A DNA stretch of 64,000 nt from a virus (lineage: Duplodnaviria > Caudoviricetes): IMG/VR virus record IMGVR_UViG_3300032030_000016; one strand, 5' to 3'. A model generated the notes under the pieces. That model saw only the letters and a list, made by a program, of their open reading frames with translations, was not told the origin of the DNA and made no database searches. How positions within the stretch are numbered: the stretch's first letter is position 1; each line of letters begins with the position of its first letter. Positions 19,344-29,196 of this stretch are shown piece by piece. The position numbers and the translations under genes are program-made.

Positions 19344-19694
19344 ATGAAAGATAAAATTGGGAACATCAAAGATAATGCGCTTGCAGAATATTATAAAATG
19401 CTTATTGGCAGAGTATATAAACTTATGCCAATGAGAGAAAATAGCTCAAATCCCGACAATTGGAAAAAAGAAAAAGATAAACTTGTTTTAGAACTTCATT
19501 CTGGTGAAAAATTATTTAATGATTCAGGATTATATGTAGAAATAATCTATAAATTACAATCCCTCGATGAATTAGAACATATTCCATTTGATAGAAATTC
19601 TCCATTTAAAAAATGTATTATTGAAACAATAGATGTTATAAAACAATTATTAAAAAAGTTTGAGGAAAATTATGGGCAAGATAACCACAATTAA
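19344..19694 (+). CDS. Hypothetical neck-region protein
   Basis: YKLMPMRE motif; synteny. Confidence 0.5.
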   Translation: MKDKIGNIKDNALAEYYKMLIGRVYKLMPMRENSSNPDNWKKEKDKLVLELHSGEKLFNDSGLYVEIIYKLQSLDELEHIPFDRNSPFKKCIIETIDVIKQLLKKFEENYGQDNHN

Positions 19695-20985
19695 TTCACA
19701 AACTAATTATAAAAACAATTTGAAAATTATACCATTTGAAAAAACTATTTTAGATGATTACTTTTGCAAAATTGATCAGGTATGGGAATATGCTCCTGAT
19801 ATTGAAACTGTAGAAATTCAAAAAGAATTTGGTTCTGATGAATATTATCCTTATAAAATGAGAGTTGTAAGAGTTTTTAATGCAAAAACACAAGATACTC
19901 GAAGTGATGATTGGAAAGAATTTTTATCGCCAGAACCAGATTTTGATTTACCATATGGTTTATATCTAAAATGGAAAAACAATTACTGGATAGTTTATAA
20001 TAAAGAAAATTTTGATTATCCAACAAGAGGTGTAATTTGCAGAAGATGTATAACTACTTTCAATTGGATAGACGAATGGGGCAATTTAAAAATATATCCC
20101 GTTGTTATTGGTAAGCCGAAAGAAGCGTCCGATTATGTGAATGTTCAATTTACTAATCCCGGTGGCTTTAATGTATTTTATATGCAATTAGATGAACATA
20201 GTAAATACATACGGCCAAATGATATATTCATGATTGGTAATACTGGATATTGGTCAAGTTATAAAGTTCAAGGTGGTGGTGTTGCAAACTACTTAAGAGA
20301 AGAAACATTAAACTCTACTGAAACTGGATTATTGTCATTGATTTGTTATATTTATGAAGGCAATAATGATACAGATAATCTTGAAATTGGCGTTTCACAA
20401 TATTATGAAAAAATTTTCACAATGGAATTAGACCAATATAATATAGAACAATATTCTGGATTCTCTATTATTATAACCCCAACAATAAAAAGAGGGACTA
20501 CAATAAGAAATGACGTAGAATTGATTTGGCAATCTGCTGATGAAAATGTGGCAACTGTTAACGAATCTGGATTAATAACATTAATTAATAAAGGTGAAAC
20601 AGATATAACATGTACTATGAAAAAAAATTCTTCTGTTTCACAAATTGTTCATATTAATAATCTTGGGCAAAAAGAAGAAGGACAAGACCAACCAGAAGAA
20701 CAGTATGAAGTAAGAATTTATCCCAATATGTCAGAGATAAAACAAGGAACTTCACAAACATATAATGTCGAATATTATATTAATGATATTATAAACACAC
20801 CTCAAAATATTAAAATTGAATTAGATAGAAACAATGTTCCAAAAAAGAACTTTACTTTCACTGTATTGAATAATAGTTTCACTATTGTAAATAAATTAAA
20901 ATATTTTGATTCTCCATTAAAGGTAAATATATATATTGATGATATAATATTAAATAAAGAATACTGGTTAGTTGGTGCATTATGA
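19672..20985 (+). CDS. Head-closure/neck protein with Ig-like (Big_2) domain
   Basis: WQSADENVATVNESGLITLINKGETDIT is an Ig-like signature. Confidence 0.65.
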   Translation: MGKITTINSQTNYKNNLKIIPFEKTILDDYFCKIDQVWEYAPDIETVEIQKEFGSDEYYPYKMRVVRVFNAKTQDTRSDDWKEFLSPEPDFDLPYGLYLKWKNNYWIVYNKENFDYPTRGVICRRCITTFNWIDEWGNLKIYPVVIGKPKEASDYVNVQFTNPGGFNVFYMQLDEHSKYIRPNDIFMIGNTGYWSSYKVQGGGVANYLREETLNSTETGLLSLICYIYEGNNDTDNLEIGVSQYYEKIFTMELDQYNIEQYSGFSIIITPTIKRGTTIRNDVELIWQSADENVATVNESGLITLINKGETDITCTMKKNSSVSQIVHINNLGQKEEGQDQPEEQYEVRIYPNMSEIKQGTSQTYNVEYYINDIINTPQNIKIELDRNNVPKKNFTFTVLNNSFTIVNKLKYFDSPLKVNIYIDDIILNKEYWLVGAL

Positions 20986-21539
20986 AATTAAATGAAGTAA
21001 ATAATTATACTATAAACACTTTCAAACAAATGCCAAATATACCTCAAAATTGTTGTTATAAACTTATTAATGAAAATGAAATGGTTTGGAAGTTATTAAA
21101 ATACAATACGAATGATGCGTGGAAAATGCCAAATTTAACAAAAGAAGAAAAAATAGCATTGATATATCCCGGAACACCAGACTATGAAGAAGATTATAAT
21201 GTTTACTTTGATACCGCACAAGATGATGTTTATACTAAAGTGATGACCATGTTGAGAATAGTTGTATATGAAATTATACCTGATAATAGTGTTTATGGTG
21301 ATATTTTAATGGGATTTGAAATTTTTTCTCATTACAAAACCAATACTATGTCTAATGGAACAACAAAAGTAGATGTTATAACACAACAAATAATACAAGT
21401 TTTTAATGGTCAATTTGTTGAAGGTGTTGGAACATTGATTTTCAATAAACAGAGGTCTGCAAGATGCAGAGCTTTTGAATCTGGTTTAAAACCATATAAA
21501 GGTAAAATCTTGCTTTTTGCAAATAATTGTTTAAGTTAA
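20982..21539 (+). CDS. Tail terminator-like protein
   Basis: Position upstream of the tail tube; WKLLKY and GVGTL motifs. Confidence 0.5.
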   Translation: MKLNEVNNYTINTFKQMPNIPQNCCYKLINENEMVWKLLKYNTNDAWKMPNLTKEEKIALIYPGTPDYEEDYNVYFDTAQDDVYTKVMTMLRIVVYEIIPDNSVYGDILMGFEIFSHYKTNTMSNGTTKVDVITQQIIQVFNGQFVEGVGTLIFNKQRSARCRAFESGLKPYKGKILLFANNCLS

Positions 21540-21540
21540 T

Positions 21541-22314
21541 ATGGAAAAATTTGAATATAATGAAATATTAGACCTTCAAAAACTTCCACAAGAATATAAG
21601 GGTGTAAAGTTTTATCCTTTGCGTATATCAGAAGAAAATATATTTAAAAAGGTAATGCAAACTATAGGTGTTCCAAAATCTTATATCAAAACAGAACCGA
21701 CAATAATGAAAATGTCTTATTTAAAGTTTCTATGTTTAATATTAAGAAAAAGAGATGATATAAAAGAAATGTTATTATATATAACAAAAAGCAAAGAAAT
21801 CAATTTTGAAGTTTCTTTACGAAAAGGTGCTAATCCTGAAAATTTAAAATATGAAGATATGAATATTACTATTCATATTGATAACATTCCTTTTAATGAA
21901 AATGATTTTGATATTATTAGAGAAATTATTTTAAGACAAAATTATTATAGCACTAAATATATTGAAGAATACGATCCAGAATTAGAAGAATTATTATTAT
22001 TGAAACAAAAAGCATTGAAAAAAAGCAACACTTTAATAGATAAAATATTTGTATTATGTTCATTAATGAATAAATTACCTGAAGAAATATCTAATCTTTC
22101 GTATTATCAATTCTATAAATTATATTATGCATCAACTATGAAAGTTGAAACTCAAATATATCAAGGTTGGATATCTGCTGGATTTATTAGTTTTGAAAAA
22201 GGAAAAAATTTTACAACATATCTTGATCCTATGCCAGATAGGGCTGGAAGATATGATGATATTAAAATGTCAAAAGAAAGTTTCTTTGATAAAGTTGGAA
22301 TGAAACCATCTTAA
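21541..22314 (+). CDS. Tail assembly chaperone-like protein
   Basis: FDIIREIILRQN and EEISNLSYYQF motifs; adjacent to the tail tube. Confidence 0.5.
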   Translation: MEKFEYNEILDLQKLPQEYKGVKFYPLRISEENIFKKVMQTIGVPKSYIKTEPTIMKMSYLKFLCLILRKRDDIKEMLLYITKSKEINFEVSLRKGANPENLKYEDMNITIHIDNIPFNENDFDIIREIILRQNYYSTKYIEEYDPELEELLLLKQKALKKSNTLIDKIFVLCSLMNKLPEEISNLSYYQFYKLYYASTMKVETQIYQGWISAGFISFEKGKNFTTYLDPMPDRAGRYDDIKMSKESFFDKVGMKPS

Positions 22315-22426
22315 AGAAATTAAAAAAATAGATAAATATATAAAAAAACATATATTTATCAAATAATATAAAAAGATTTTTATCAAATCATTTATATTTA
22401 ACAACATAATAAAAAAGGAGAAACGT

Positions 22427-23458
22427 ATGGAAAATTTTGTTGTTTCCGTTGCACGTGCAATTTTATTTGAACCTTCTACTAATGAGGTTCTTGCTTATGC
22501 CACTGCTCTTAGTGAATCTGCTTTTACTTTAGCAATGCAGTCTCAGGAAATTAGAGGTGGTATTGGTAACACTCTGAAATTCAACTATAAAAATACTCGT
22601 ACTTTGAATATTTCTTTAACAAATGTTGCTTTCAGTAAATCTTTCTTACCTCTTAACCTTGGTAAAATGAATGCCAACACTGAAATTGCTATCGCTAATG
22701 AACAGTGTATAGTTCTTTCAGAAACTGGTACTGGTACTCTCGAAAAGGTACCTCTTGGCCCTGTTTCTTATGTTTACGCAAATGGTATTATTGAAACAAA
22801 ACAGAATCCTACTCATTCTACTGCTATAGATCTTGGTACCGCTCACGCCAATGAAAAGATTACTGCAATTTATGATTATTCTGATACTATTGATAACTTA
22901 ACCATTGATTCTTCTACACCTCCGAACATTGTTCGACTTGTTATGAATGTTCAGATTCGTAGTAATGAAACTAATGGTATCGTTGAATGGTTACAGTTAG
23001 ATATTCCTTCTTTCCAAATTGACGGTAACTATGAATTATCTATGACAGCCGATGGTGTTTCAAGTGAAACTCTGACTGGTATGGCTCTTTCCGTTGCTGG
23101 ACAACAGTGTACTGATGGTGATATTTATGGTTACATTAAATATGTTCCAGTAGATGAAGCTACATATGCTGTTTCAAACATCGCTGCAACACCTTCACCT
23201 TTAGCTTTAAAGGCTGGCGAAACTGGTTCTATCAATGTGTATGGCTTACGTGGTTCCATGTATGCTCCACTTTTACTTACAGATGAATGTACATATGAAA
23301 TGCAAGAAGGTTCTGATGTTGATATTACTGTAAGTGAAACAGGTATTGTCTCTGTTTCTAGCGCTGCCTCTGCTTCCGACACTGGAACTGTTGTTATTAC
23401 CTACACCTCAGGTGATACTTCATACACTGATACTATTGTCGTCAATGTCGTTGAATAA
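22427..23458 (+). CDS. Major tail tube protein with C-terminal Ig-like domain
   Basis: QEIRGGIGN, high-expression codons, C-terminal beta-sandwich. Confidence 0.75.
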   Translation: MENFVVSVARAILFEPSTNEVLAYATALSESAFTLAMQSQEIRGGIGNTLKFNYKNTRTLNISLTNVAFSKSFLPLNLGKMNANTEIAIANEQCIVLSETGTGTLEKVPLGPVSYVYANGIIETKQNPTHSTAIDLGTAHANEKITAIYDYSDTIDNLTIDSSTPPNIVRLVMNVQIRSNETNGIVEWLQLDIPSFQIDGNYELSMTADGVSSETLTGMALSVAGQQCTDGDIYGYIKYVPVDEATYAVSNIAATPSPLALKAGETGSINVYGLRGSMYAPLLLTDECTYEMQEGSDVDITVSETGIVSVSSAASASDTGTVVITYTSGDTSYTDTIVVNVVE

Positions 23459-23649
23459 TGTGTAAATTTTTAATAAAAGAGAACAAAGAGAAAGAAATAA
23501 ATCCTCTTTGTTCTCTTTCTCATAAAAAATGTCCATATGCTACATATTGCCAACATATAAAAGATATTAAACTAAAATATACTTGGAGAAGTTGTAGTTT
23601 ATATTCTGCTTATTGGAAAGGAAAAATTATTTTTCCTGAATCATCGTAG
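23458..23649 (+). CDS. Small Cys-rich protein
   Basis: Five Cys in 63 aa; overlaps the tail tube stop. Confidence 0.5.
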   Translation: MCKFLIKENKEKEINPLCSLSHKKCPYATYCQHIKDIKLKYTWRSCSLYSAYWKGKIIFPESS

Positions 23650-23681
23650 AGTGGATTTCATTTACATCAACGGAGGATTAT

Positions 23682-23978
23682 ATGACAATAGAAGTCATGA
23701 CCCTAATTACTGGAATATCTGTATCATTAGGAATCATCTCTACAATTTTAAATCTTAGAAGGACAAGTAGAGTTGATGCTAAAAATACAATTATAGAAAC
23801 AGCGAATTTGAATAATAAAATAGATAATGTTTTGATTGGAATCAGTGAACTGAAGGTTAAACTGAATGCAATGGAAACAGATCAGAAAGATTCTAAAGAG
23901 AGAATTATTATTCTTGAACAAAAAGTTAAAACATTATCTGAAACAATTGATAAAATGCAAAATATAGATACGAAATGA
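23682..23978 (+). CDS. Membrane-anchored coiled-coil protein (holin/XhlA-like)
   Basis: N-terminal TM helix then coiled coil; GGAGG RBS. Confidence 0.55.
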   Translation: MTIEVMTLITGISVSLGIISTILNLRRTSRVDAKNTIIETANLNNKIDNVLIGISELKVKLNAMETDQKDSKERIIILEQKVKTLSETIDKMQNIDTK

Positions 23979-23984
23979 GGAAAT

Positions 23985-24170
23985 GTGAAACTACTCGTTG
24001 ATAATTTTCAAATTAAAGCATTATACAAAGACGGTGCTTTTTATAATATGAATAATGAAAAAATTGATGATTCTAAAATAAAAAAAGTTATTTTAGATTT
24101 TAATGATTTTAAAGAAATTTTACAATCACAGCAAGAAAAAAAGATGAAAAAGAAAATAAAGGATGAGTAA
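23985..24170 (+). CDS. Hypothetical protein
   Basis: GTG start after GAGG. Confidence 0.45.
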   Translation: MKLLVDNFQIKALYKDGAFYNMNNEKIDDSKIKKVILDFNDFKEILQSQQEKKMKKKIKDE

Positions 24171-24182
24171 TAGTAATATTGT

Positions 24183-24374
24183 ATGAAAAATATTAATTTA
24201 TTATGTCCTATATGTGGACATCCCTTGATTATAACAAAATTAGATGATATGGAAACCTTGTATTGTCAAAAATGTAAAGAAGAGGTATATGAGGAAGACA
24301 TATATGAAAGTAGAAGAGAACAGACCTATAAAGATAACAATAGACGAAAATCTCTTGAATGCTTATTACAATGA
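24183..24374 (+). CDS. Small Zn-ribbon protein
   Basis: CPICG...CQKC. Confidence 0.5.
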   Translation: MKNINLLCPICGHPLIITKLDDMETLYCQKCKEEVYEEDIYESRREQTYKDNNRRKSLECLLQ

Positions 24375-24771
24375 TTACTATTTTATAAAATATCCAAAAA
24401 GAAAAAAGAAACCAATAAAAGAACCAACTTTTCCGACATTGAATTCTTGGATGATTTTAAAAAGAATGGCTATGAACCATTTAAAACAGCAATGGAAAGA
24501 ATTTGGAGAATGGATTATAAATTATTATGGATATAATGACATGAATATAGATGAATGTTCCATATTGATTGAACATACATTTAAAACAAAAAGAAGAAGA
24601 GACCCGGATAATTATATTCCAAAATTTTTTTTAGATGCAATGGTTTCAAGCAAAATAATAACGGATGATTCAATGAATGTTATAAAACAATTGAGTTTGT
24701 CTTGTATAAATGGTAAGGAAAATAAGATAGAGATAATCATTTTTCCTTACCATTTTTTTAAAATAATATAA
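24304..24771 (+). CDS. rusA: RusA-like Holliday junction resolvase
   Basis: RRRDPDNYIPKFFLDAM...IITDDS signature; likely start 24304 after GAGGA. Confidence 0.8.
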   Translation: MKVEENRPIKITIDENLLNAYYNDYYFIKYPKRKKKPIKEPTFPTLNSWMILKRMAMNHLKQQWKEFGEWIINYYGYNDMNIDECSILIEHTFKTKRRRDPDNYIPKFFLDAMVSSKIITDDSMNVIKQLSLSCINGKENKIEIIIFPYHFFKII

Positions 24772-24803
24772 TTAATAAAACCGTAATTTTATAAAGGAAT
24801 AAA

Positions 24804-26840
24804 ATGGCAAATAGTATAAATTTTTCAGAATATGGATTTTTGGATGAAATTCTTGCCTTAACAGAAGATAACTGGCGCAAATACTTTAAACCCGTCATGT
24901 ATGATAGTGTACAAAGTGGTTTACAAGTTACTGCTGGGTCTGGCATGACATTTAACATCTCATCTGGCGAATGTCGATGTGGTGCTGTCATGGGTATTTT
25001 AAATGGAGCTGCTTCTTTGTCTATTGATGCTGGTAGTTCTAATGCAAGAATTGATTCAATTGTCGCACAATATGAATATGGTGATACATCCATATTATCA
25101 TTAACAGTCGTAAAAGGCACACCGAGTTCTTCTCCTGTTGCGCCTACATTAACAAAAACGTTTAATACATTGTGGCAAATGGAACTTGCTCAAATAGCTG
25201 TTCCTGCAAATGCAACATCTGCCTCACAGTGCACAATCACTGATAAAAGAGTTATTTACACATCTATTGATTCTGTTATCAATCCTATTTTAGAAGACAT
25301 AGATACAATTAATGACGAAATAGTTTCTATTACAACGAATATAGATACAATCAATGATGAAATAATCTCTATTACAGCAAATATAGATACAATTAATAAT
25401 GAAATAGTTTCTATTACAACAAATATTGATACAATTAATGATGAAATAATTTCTATTACAACAAATGTTGATGCAATTAATGATGAAATCACTACAATTA
25501 ATGATAAAATAGATACAGTAATTACAGGAGAGTTTTCAACATCAACCGCATACAACATAGGTGATTATGTTATTTACAATAATACATTATATCGTTTTAC
25601 ATTCACACATCCAGCAGGCGAATGGAATAATAATCATGTTGTTGCAGTAACTATTGGCAGTGAACTTAAAAATATCAATAGAGAATTAAATTTAACATAT
25701 CAACAAATATCTGAAATTGTTAAATCTGGTCTTGCTGACCAGTATTTTAATATTGGAGATCAAATTATTGTCAAGTGGAATAATGGAAGCACAGATTATG
25801 ACCTTCCTTTTGATATTGTGGCTATGAGAGATGTTGTAAATGCCGATGGAAGTACTGTTCCCGGAATGATATTACAAGCACATTGGGTATTACCCGGAGT
25901 GCAGTTTGATGCATCTGAAGCTTCTTATGTTGCCAGTGCTATTATTCCAGCAGGAACACACTATATTGAAATTGGTCAAAATTGGGGTAATAACTGTAAA
26001 GCTAATTATAAATATGAATTTACAACAACACAAGATGTTCCAGTAAATGGTCAAATCGTAATGACAAGAAGTGGAAGTAATCAATACACATGGGGAGCAC
26101 CAGACCAAAATCCGTCAACTTGGGTTGTTTATACATTTGCTTCCAATGCCTCGACAACACCAATAGAAGGGCCTTTGTCTTTAACAGAATATACAAATGA
26201 ACAAACTCCTTCAAGTACGAGTCTTGGTACTTTGCTTCAAAATACAAAATATAGTTTAAATGGAATTAACAATTTACAAAGAGCTGCATATGGTTATAAT
26301 AGATGGTCTCAAAGTGCAATGAGACAATGGTTGAATAGTAATGCTGTTGCTGGTTCATGGTGGGAACCCAAAAATCCCTTTGATAGACAACCACAACAAC
26401 TTTCATCTATGCGCGGATTTATGGCAGGGTTCGACAGTGATTTCCTTAGTGTAATTAAACCAGTTACTGTTACTACTGCATTAAATACGATTAGTGATAC
26501 TGAAATTGGTACATCAGAAACTACAATAGATACATTCTTCTGCGCTTCTCTTGAAGAGGAATATTGTGTACCTCAATTAGCTGGAGTAGAAGGTGCATAT
26601 TGGCCTTATTGGAAAGAAAGACTTGAACTTGATTCTCCACAGGCTTCTGGTGCAGATAATGCTAATGTTAATCATATAAGATATTTAATCAGCAATCATT
26701 CTTCTGCTCAGCACGTTCGTCTGCGTTCAGCCTATCGTGGCACCGCTTATAGCACGTGGTTTGTGTCCACGACTGGCTACGTCATCAGCATCAACGCCAC
26801 GACCTCGTTTGGTTCGTGCCCGGCTTGCGTCATCTGCTAA
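24804..26840 (+). CDS. DGR target protein: tail-fibre/receptor-binding protein with coiled-coil stalk and C-terminal DUF6273/CLec-like domain
   Basis: N-terminal WQMELAQIAV tail-anchor motif, heptad repeats, NRWSQSAMRQWLNS and VRLRSA...CPACVI C-terminus containing the VR. Confidence 0.85.
   Translation: MANSINFSEYGFLDEILALTEDNWRKYFKPVMYDSVQSGLQVTAGSGMTFNISSGECRCGAVMGILNGAASLSIDAGSSNARIDSIVAQYEYGDTSILSLTVVKGTPSSSPVAPTLTKTFNTLWQMELAQIAVPANATSASQCTITDKRVIYTSIDSVINPILEDIDTINDEIVSITTNIDTINDEIISITANIDTINNEIVSITTNIDTINDEIISITTNVDAINDEITTINDKIDTVITGEFSTSTAYNIGDYVIYNNTLYRFTFTHPAGEWNNNHVVAVTIGSELKNINRELNLTYQQISEIVKSGLADQYFNIGDQIIVKWNNGSTDYDLPFDIVAMRDVVNADGSTVPGMILQAHWVLPGVQFDASEASYVASAIIPAGTHYIEIGQNWGNNCKANYKYEFTTTQDVPVNGQIVMTRSGSNQYTWGAPDQNPSTWVVYTFASNASTTPIEGPLSLTEYTNEQTPSSTSLGTLLQNTKYSLNGINNLQRAAYGYNRWSQSAMRQWLNSNAVAGSWWEPKNPFDRQPQQLSSMRGFMAGFDSDFLSVIKPVTVTTALNTISDTEIGTSETTIDTFFCASLEEEYCVPQLAGVEGAYWPYWKERLELDSPQASGADNANVNHIRYLISNHSSAQHVRLRSAYRGTAYSTWFVSTTGYVISINATTSFGSCPACVIC
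25299..25517 (+). repeat. About 5 tandem 42-bp repeats encoding IDTINDEIVSITTN (double heptad)
   Basis: Units start at 25299, 25341, 25383, 25425 and 25467. Confidence 0.9.
26707..26827 (+). repeat. DGR variable repeat (VR)
   Basis: Ungapped 121-bp match to 27335-27455; 17 mismatches, all opposite TR adenines. Confidence 0.97.
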
Positions 26841-26847
26841 TCTAACA

Positions 26848-26873
26848 ATCTGTCGCCTTCAATGGCGACAGAT
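26848..26873 (+). promoter_or_regulatory. DGR homing hairpin/cruciform downstream of the VR
   Basis: atctgtcgcc-ttcaat-ggcgacagat, perfect 10-bp stem 7 nt after the target stop. Confidence 0.85.
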
Positions 26874-26895
26874 AAAAAAGAAAGAAGGATATAAC

Positions 26896-27309
26896 ATGTC
26901 CGTTCCAAAAGATAGAAGAGTAGAAGGTGAATTAACCGTTAACACAATGGCTAGGTCAATATGTGCTTATGTTATTCAAATATTAGGAAATGAAAAAAAT
27001 TTTCCAGTAGAACAAACATGGCTTACAAATCAATTGCGAAACACAGCAGTGCATATAGATGTATGTTGTTGGAAAGCAAACAATATTTATGTAAAACAAT
27101 CTCAATTTCTCTACGAGAAGAGGATGAAACTCGAAGAAGAGGCAGGAGATGCGTGTAATGTAATGTTAGAACTTATTAATATTGCTAAACAAGTATATCA
27201 TATGCCAACAAAAAGATATCGTTATCTTAGCAATCAATATGTGGAATTACGTAAAAAAATTCGCAATTGGTATAAATCAGATAAAGTGCGGTTGAAACCA
27301 ACCGTTTAA
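26896..27309 (+). CDS. avd: DGR accessory variability determinant (Avd-like four-helix bundle)
   Basis: Start MSVP at 26896 after AAGGA; 137 aa, basic, KANNIY and WYKSD motifs; between VR and TR. Confidence 0.85.
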   Translation: MSVPKDRRVEGELTVNTMARSICAYVIQILGNEKNFPVEQTWLTNQLRNTAVHIDVCCWKANNIYVKQSQFLYEKRMKLEEEAGDACNVMLELINIAKQVYHMPTKRYRYLSNQYVELRKKIRNWYKSDKVRLKPTV

Positions 27310-27334
27310 CTTTTATTGGGCTGTAGGTTATCGT

Positions 27335-27455
27335 CTCAGAACGTTCGTCTGCGTTCAGCCAATCGTGGCAACGCTAATAACACGTGGAATGTGAACACGA
27401 CTGGCAACGTCAACAACAACAACGCCACGAACTCGAATGGTTCGTGCCCGGATTG
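27335..27455 (+). ncRNA. DGR template repeat (TR)
   Basis: Non-coding copy of the VR with 14 AAY codons in the VR frame, between avd and RT. Confidence 0.95.
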
Positions 27456-27614
27456 TAATTATTAATGACATTATAAATTGATTTACTCACAGAGCAAATA
27501 GTTATTACAATATTGCAAGGAACCGAATGTCCCAGCCAGAAATGGCAAAACAATATTAATATGACATCAGCGACTTTCGAGCCGGGCTGATTATAAGCAT
27601 ATTAAAAGGATTTT

Positions 27615-28646
27615 ATGGAAAATATAGAAGAAAAAGTAATCGGATTTGATGCGTTATATCAATCAATGTGGAAATGTTTAAAAGGTGTTTTATGGAAAGA
27701 TTCTGTTGCAAGTTTCTATCTTCGTGCTGGCGAAAATGTTTCTAAACTTGCAACAGAATTAGAAAATGGAACATATAAAGCAAGACCACCAATGCATTTT
27801 ACAATAACGTCACCAAAACCACGTGAAATCGCATCTGTAGCATTTCGTGATAGAGTTTATCAAAGAAGTTTAAATGATAATATTGTATATCCAACAATGA
27901 CAAAGAGCTTTATTTATGATAACTTTGCGTGCCAAAAAGGAAAAGGAACAGACGAAGCAAGAAATAGATTGAAAAAATTTATTAGAAAATGCTATAGGAT
28001 GTATGGTACAAATTTATTTGTTTGTCAATTTGACATTCATGGTTACTATCCTAATATGGATCATAAATTAACTGAAGAAATGTTTCAAAAGAAACTTGAC
28101 CCTTGGAGTTATAAACAGGTACAAAAAATTCTTAATGAACAATATGAAGGAGAAAAAGGATATAACCCCGGAAGTCAACTTGTGCAAATAGCTGGAATAT
28201 CCATGCTTGATGGGATGGATCATTTTATCAAAGAAAAATTACATGCAAAATTTTATATTCGATATATGGATGATTTTATTATAATACATAATAATATAGA
28301 AACAATGCAAAAATGGAAAAATGAAATTGAACATTATTTAAATAATTTGAAATTTGAAATAAATCCAAAAAAAACAAAAATTTATTCAATTAGTAAAAAG
28401 ATAAAATTTCTTGGTTTCCAATTTTCAGTGACCGAAACAGGCAAAGTATTGATGCAAATACTTCCTGAAAATGTTAAAAGAGAACGAAAAAAATTATATA
28501 GGCTTGTAAAAAAATGTAAAAAGGGAGGAATCCCAAAATCATCTGTAGATAATTCTTATGAAGCATGGAAAAACCATGCGTCAAAGGGAAATAATTACAA
28601 ACTCCTTTGCCGAATGGATAAATATTATAGATCATTATGGGAATAA
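27615..28646 (+). CDS. DGR reverse transcriptase
   Basis: KPREI, FRDRVYQ, NFACQKGKGT, DIHGYY, PGSQLVQ, YIRYMDDF, FLGF; 343 aa with no maturase or endonuclease domain. Confidence 0.95.
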   Translation: MENIEEKVIGFDALYQSMWKCLKGVLWKDSVASFYLRAGENVSKLATELENGTYKARPPMHFTITSPKPREIASVAFRDRVYQRSLNDNIVYPTMTKSFIYDNFACQKGKGTDEARNRLKKFIRKCYRMYGTNLFVCQFDIHGYYPNMDHKLTEEMFQKKLDPWSYKQVQKILNEQYEGEKGYNPGSQLVQIAGISMLDGMDHFIKEKLHAKFYIRYMDDFIIIHNNIETMQKWKNEIEHYLNNLKFEINPKKTKIYSISKKIKFLGFQFSVTETGKVLMQILPENVKRERKKLYRLVKKCKKGGIPKSSVDNSYEAWKNHASKGNNYKLLCRMDKYYRSLWE

Positions 28647-28825
28647 AAATTATGAGAAAAAGTTTAACTCCATCAGAACAGGCGAAATTAGATAATGCAA
28701 ATGCTGGTGTTTTTTCAAATATTAGCATCGAAGATCTAATGAATGCCTTAATTGAACTTGGTGAAATGGCATCTGAACAAGATGATGCTATTGTCGAGTT
28801 AGCAGAATTAATAGAAGAGGGATAA
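28637..28825 (+). CDS. Small acidic tail-fibre-associated protein
   Basis: DDAIVELAELI motif typical of ORFs that follow phage fibre genes. Confidence 0.55.
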   Translation: MGIKIMRKSLTPSEQAKLDNANAGVFSNISIEDLMNALIELGEMASEQDDAIVELAELIEEG

Positions 28826-28826
28826 T

Positions 28827-28943
28827 ATGGCAAAAATTTACTACAACAGAATTAAAGCAGGTATCATGACCCTTGAAGATGTTCCTGCGCGTTGGCGCGA
28901 AGCTGTGCGAAAGATGTTAGAAGATGAAACAGGAAATGAATAA
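28827..28943 (+). CDS. CD1375/XkdX-like small protein (38 aa), not in the ORF track
   Basis: MAKIYYNRIKAGIMTLEDVPARWREAVRKML; GAGGG RBS. Confidence 0.7.
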   Translation: MAKIYYNRIKAGIMTLEDVPARWREAVRKMLEDETGNE

Positions 28944-29101
28944 TGAAAGATAGTGTTGTTCTTTCTACAAACGAAGTAAGAGAGATACTTTCTGATTATT
29001 TTAATATTCCAATTGAAGATGTTTTTAGAGCAAAATATTCTTTTGTTATTGTTGTTGATGAAGAATTGAAAAAAATGATAAAAGAACATCGGGAATTATA
29101 A
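28943..29101 (+). CDS. Hypothetical protein (52 aa), not in the ORF track
   Basis: TAATG coupling; MKDSVVLSTNEVREILSDYFNIP. Confidence 0.5.
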   Translation: MKDSVVLSTNEVREILSDYFNIPIEDVFRAKYSFVIVVDEELKKMIKEHREL

Positions 29102-29140
29102 AATTCTAATAATATAAATTTAGCAAAATGTTTCAATATT

Positions 29141-29177
29141 AAAATAGCTCTATTAAAAAGCAATAGAGCTATTTTTT
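29141..29177 (+). terminator. Intrinsic terminator
   Basis: aaaatagctctatt / aatagagctatttt stem plus T tract. Confidence 0.75.
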
Positions 29178-29196
29178 ATAAAAAAAGAAACAAAAA

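Larger units (their letters stand above)
24804..28646 (+). mobile_element. Complete diversity-generating retroelement (target/VR-hairpin-avd-TR-RT)
   Basis: All canonical components present in order. Confidence 0.95.

Noticed and set aside
25299-25517. Possible CRISPR array
   Set aside because: Contiguous in-frame coding repeats with no unique spacers; no cas operon (the Cas4-like gene is a solo replication-module nuclease).
26737-26895. N-terminal extension of the Avd ORF given in the ORF track
   Set aside because: It overlaps the VR and hairpin out of frame; the RBS and the MSVP start are at 26896.
27615-28646. RT as a group II intron or retron
   Set aside because: Short, no maturase or HNH domain, and flanked by a TR/VR pair and avd, which is diagnostic of a DGR.
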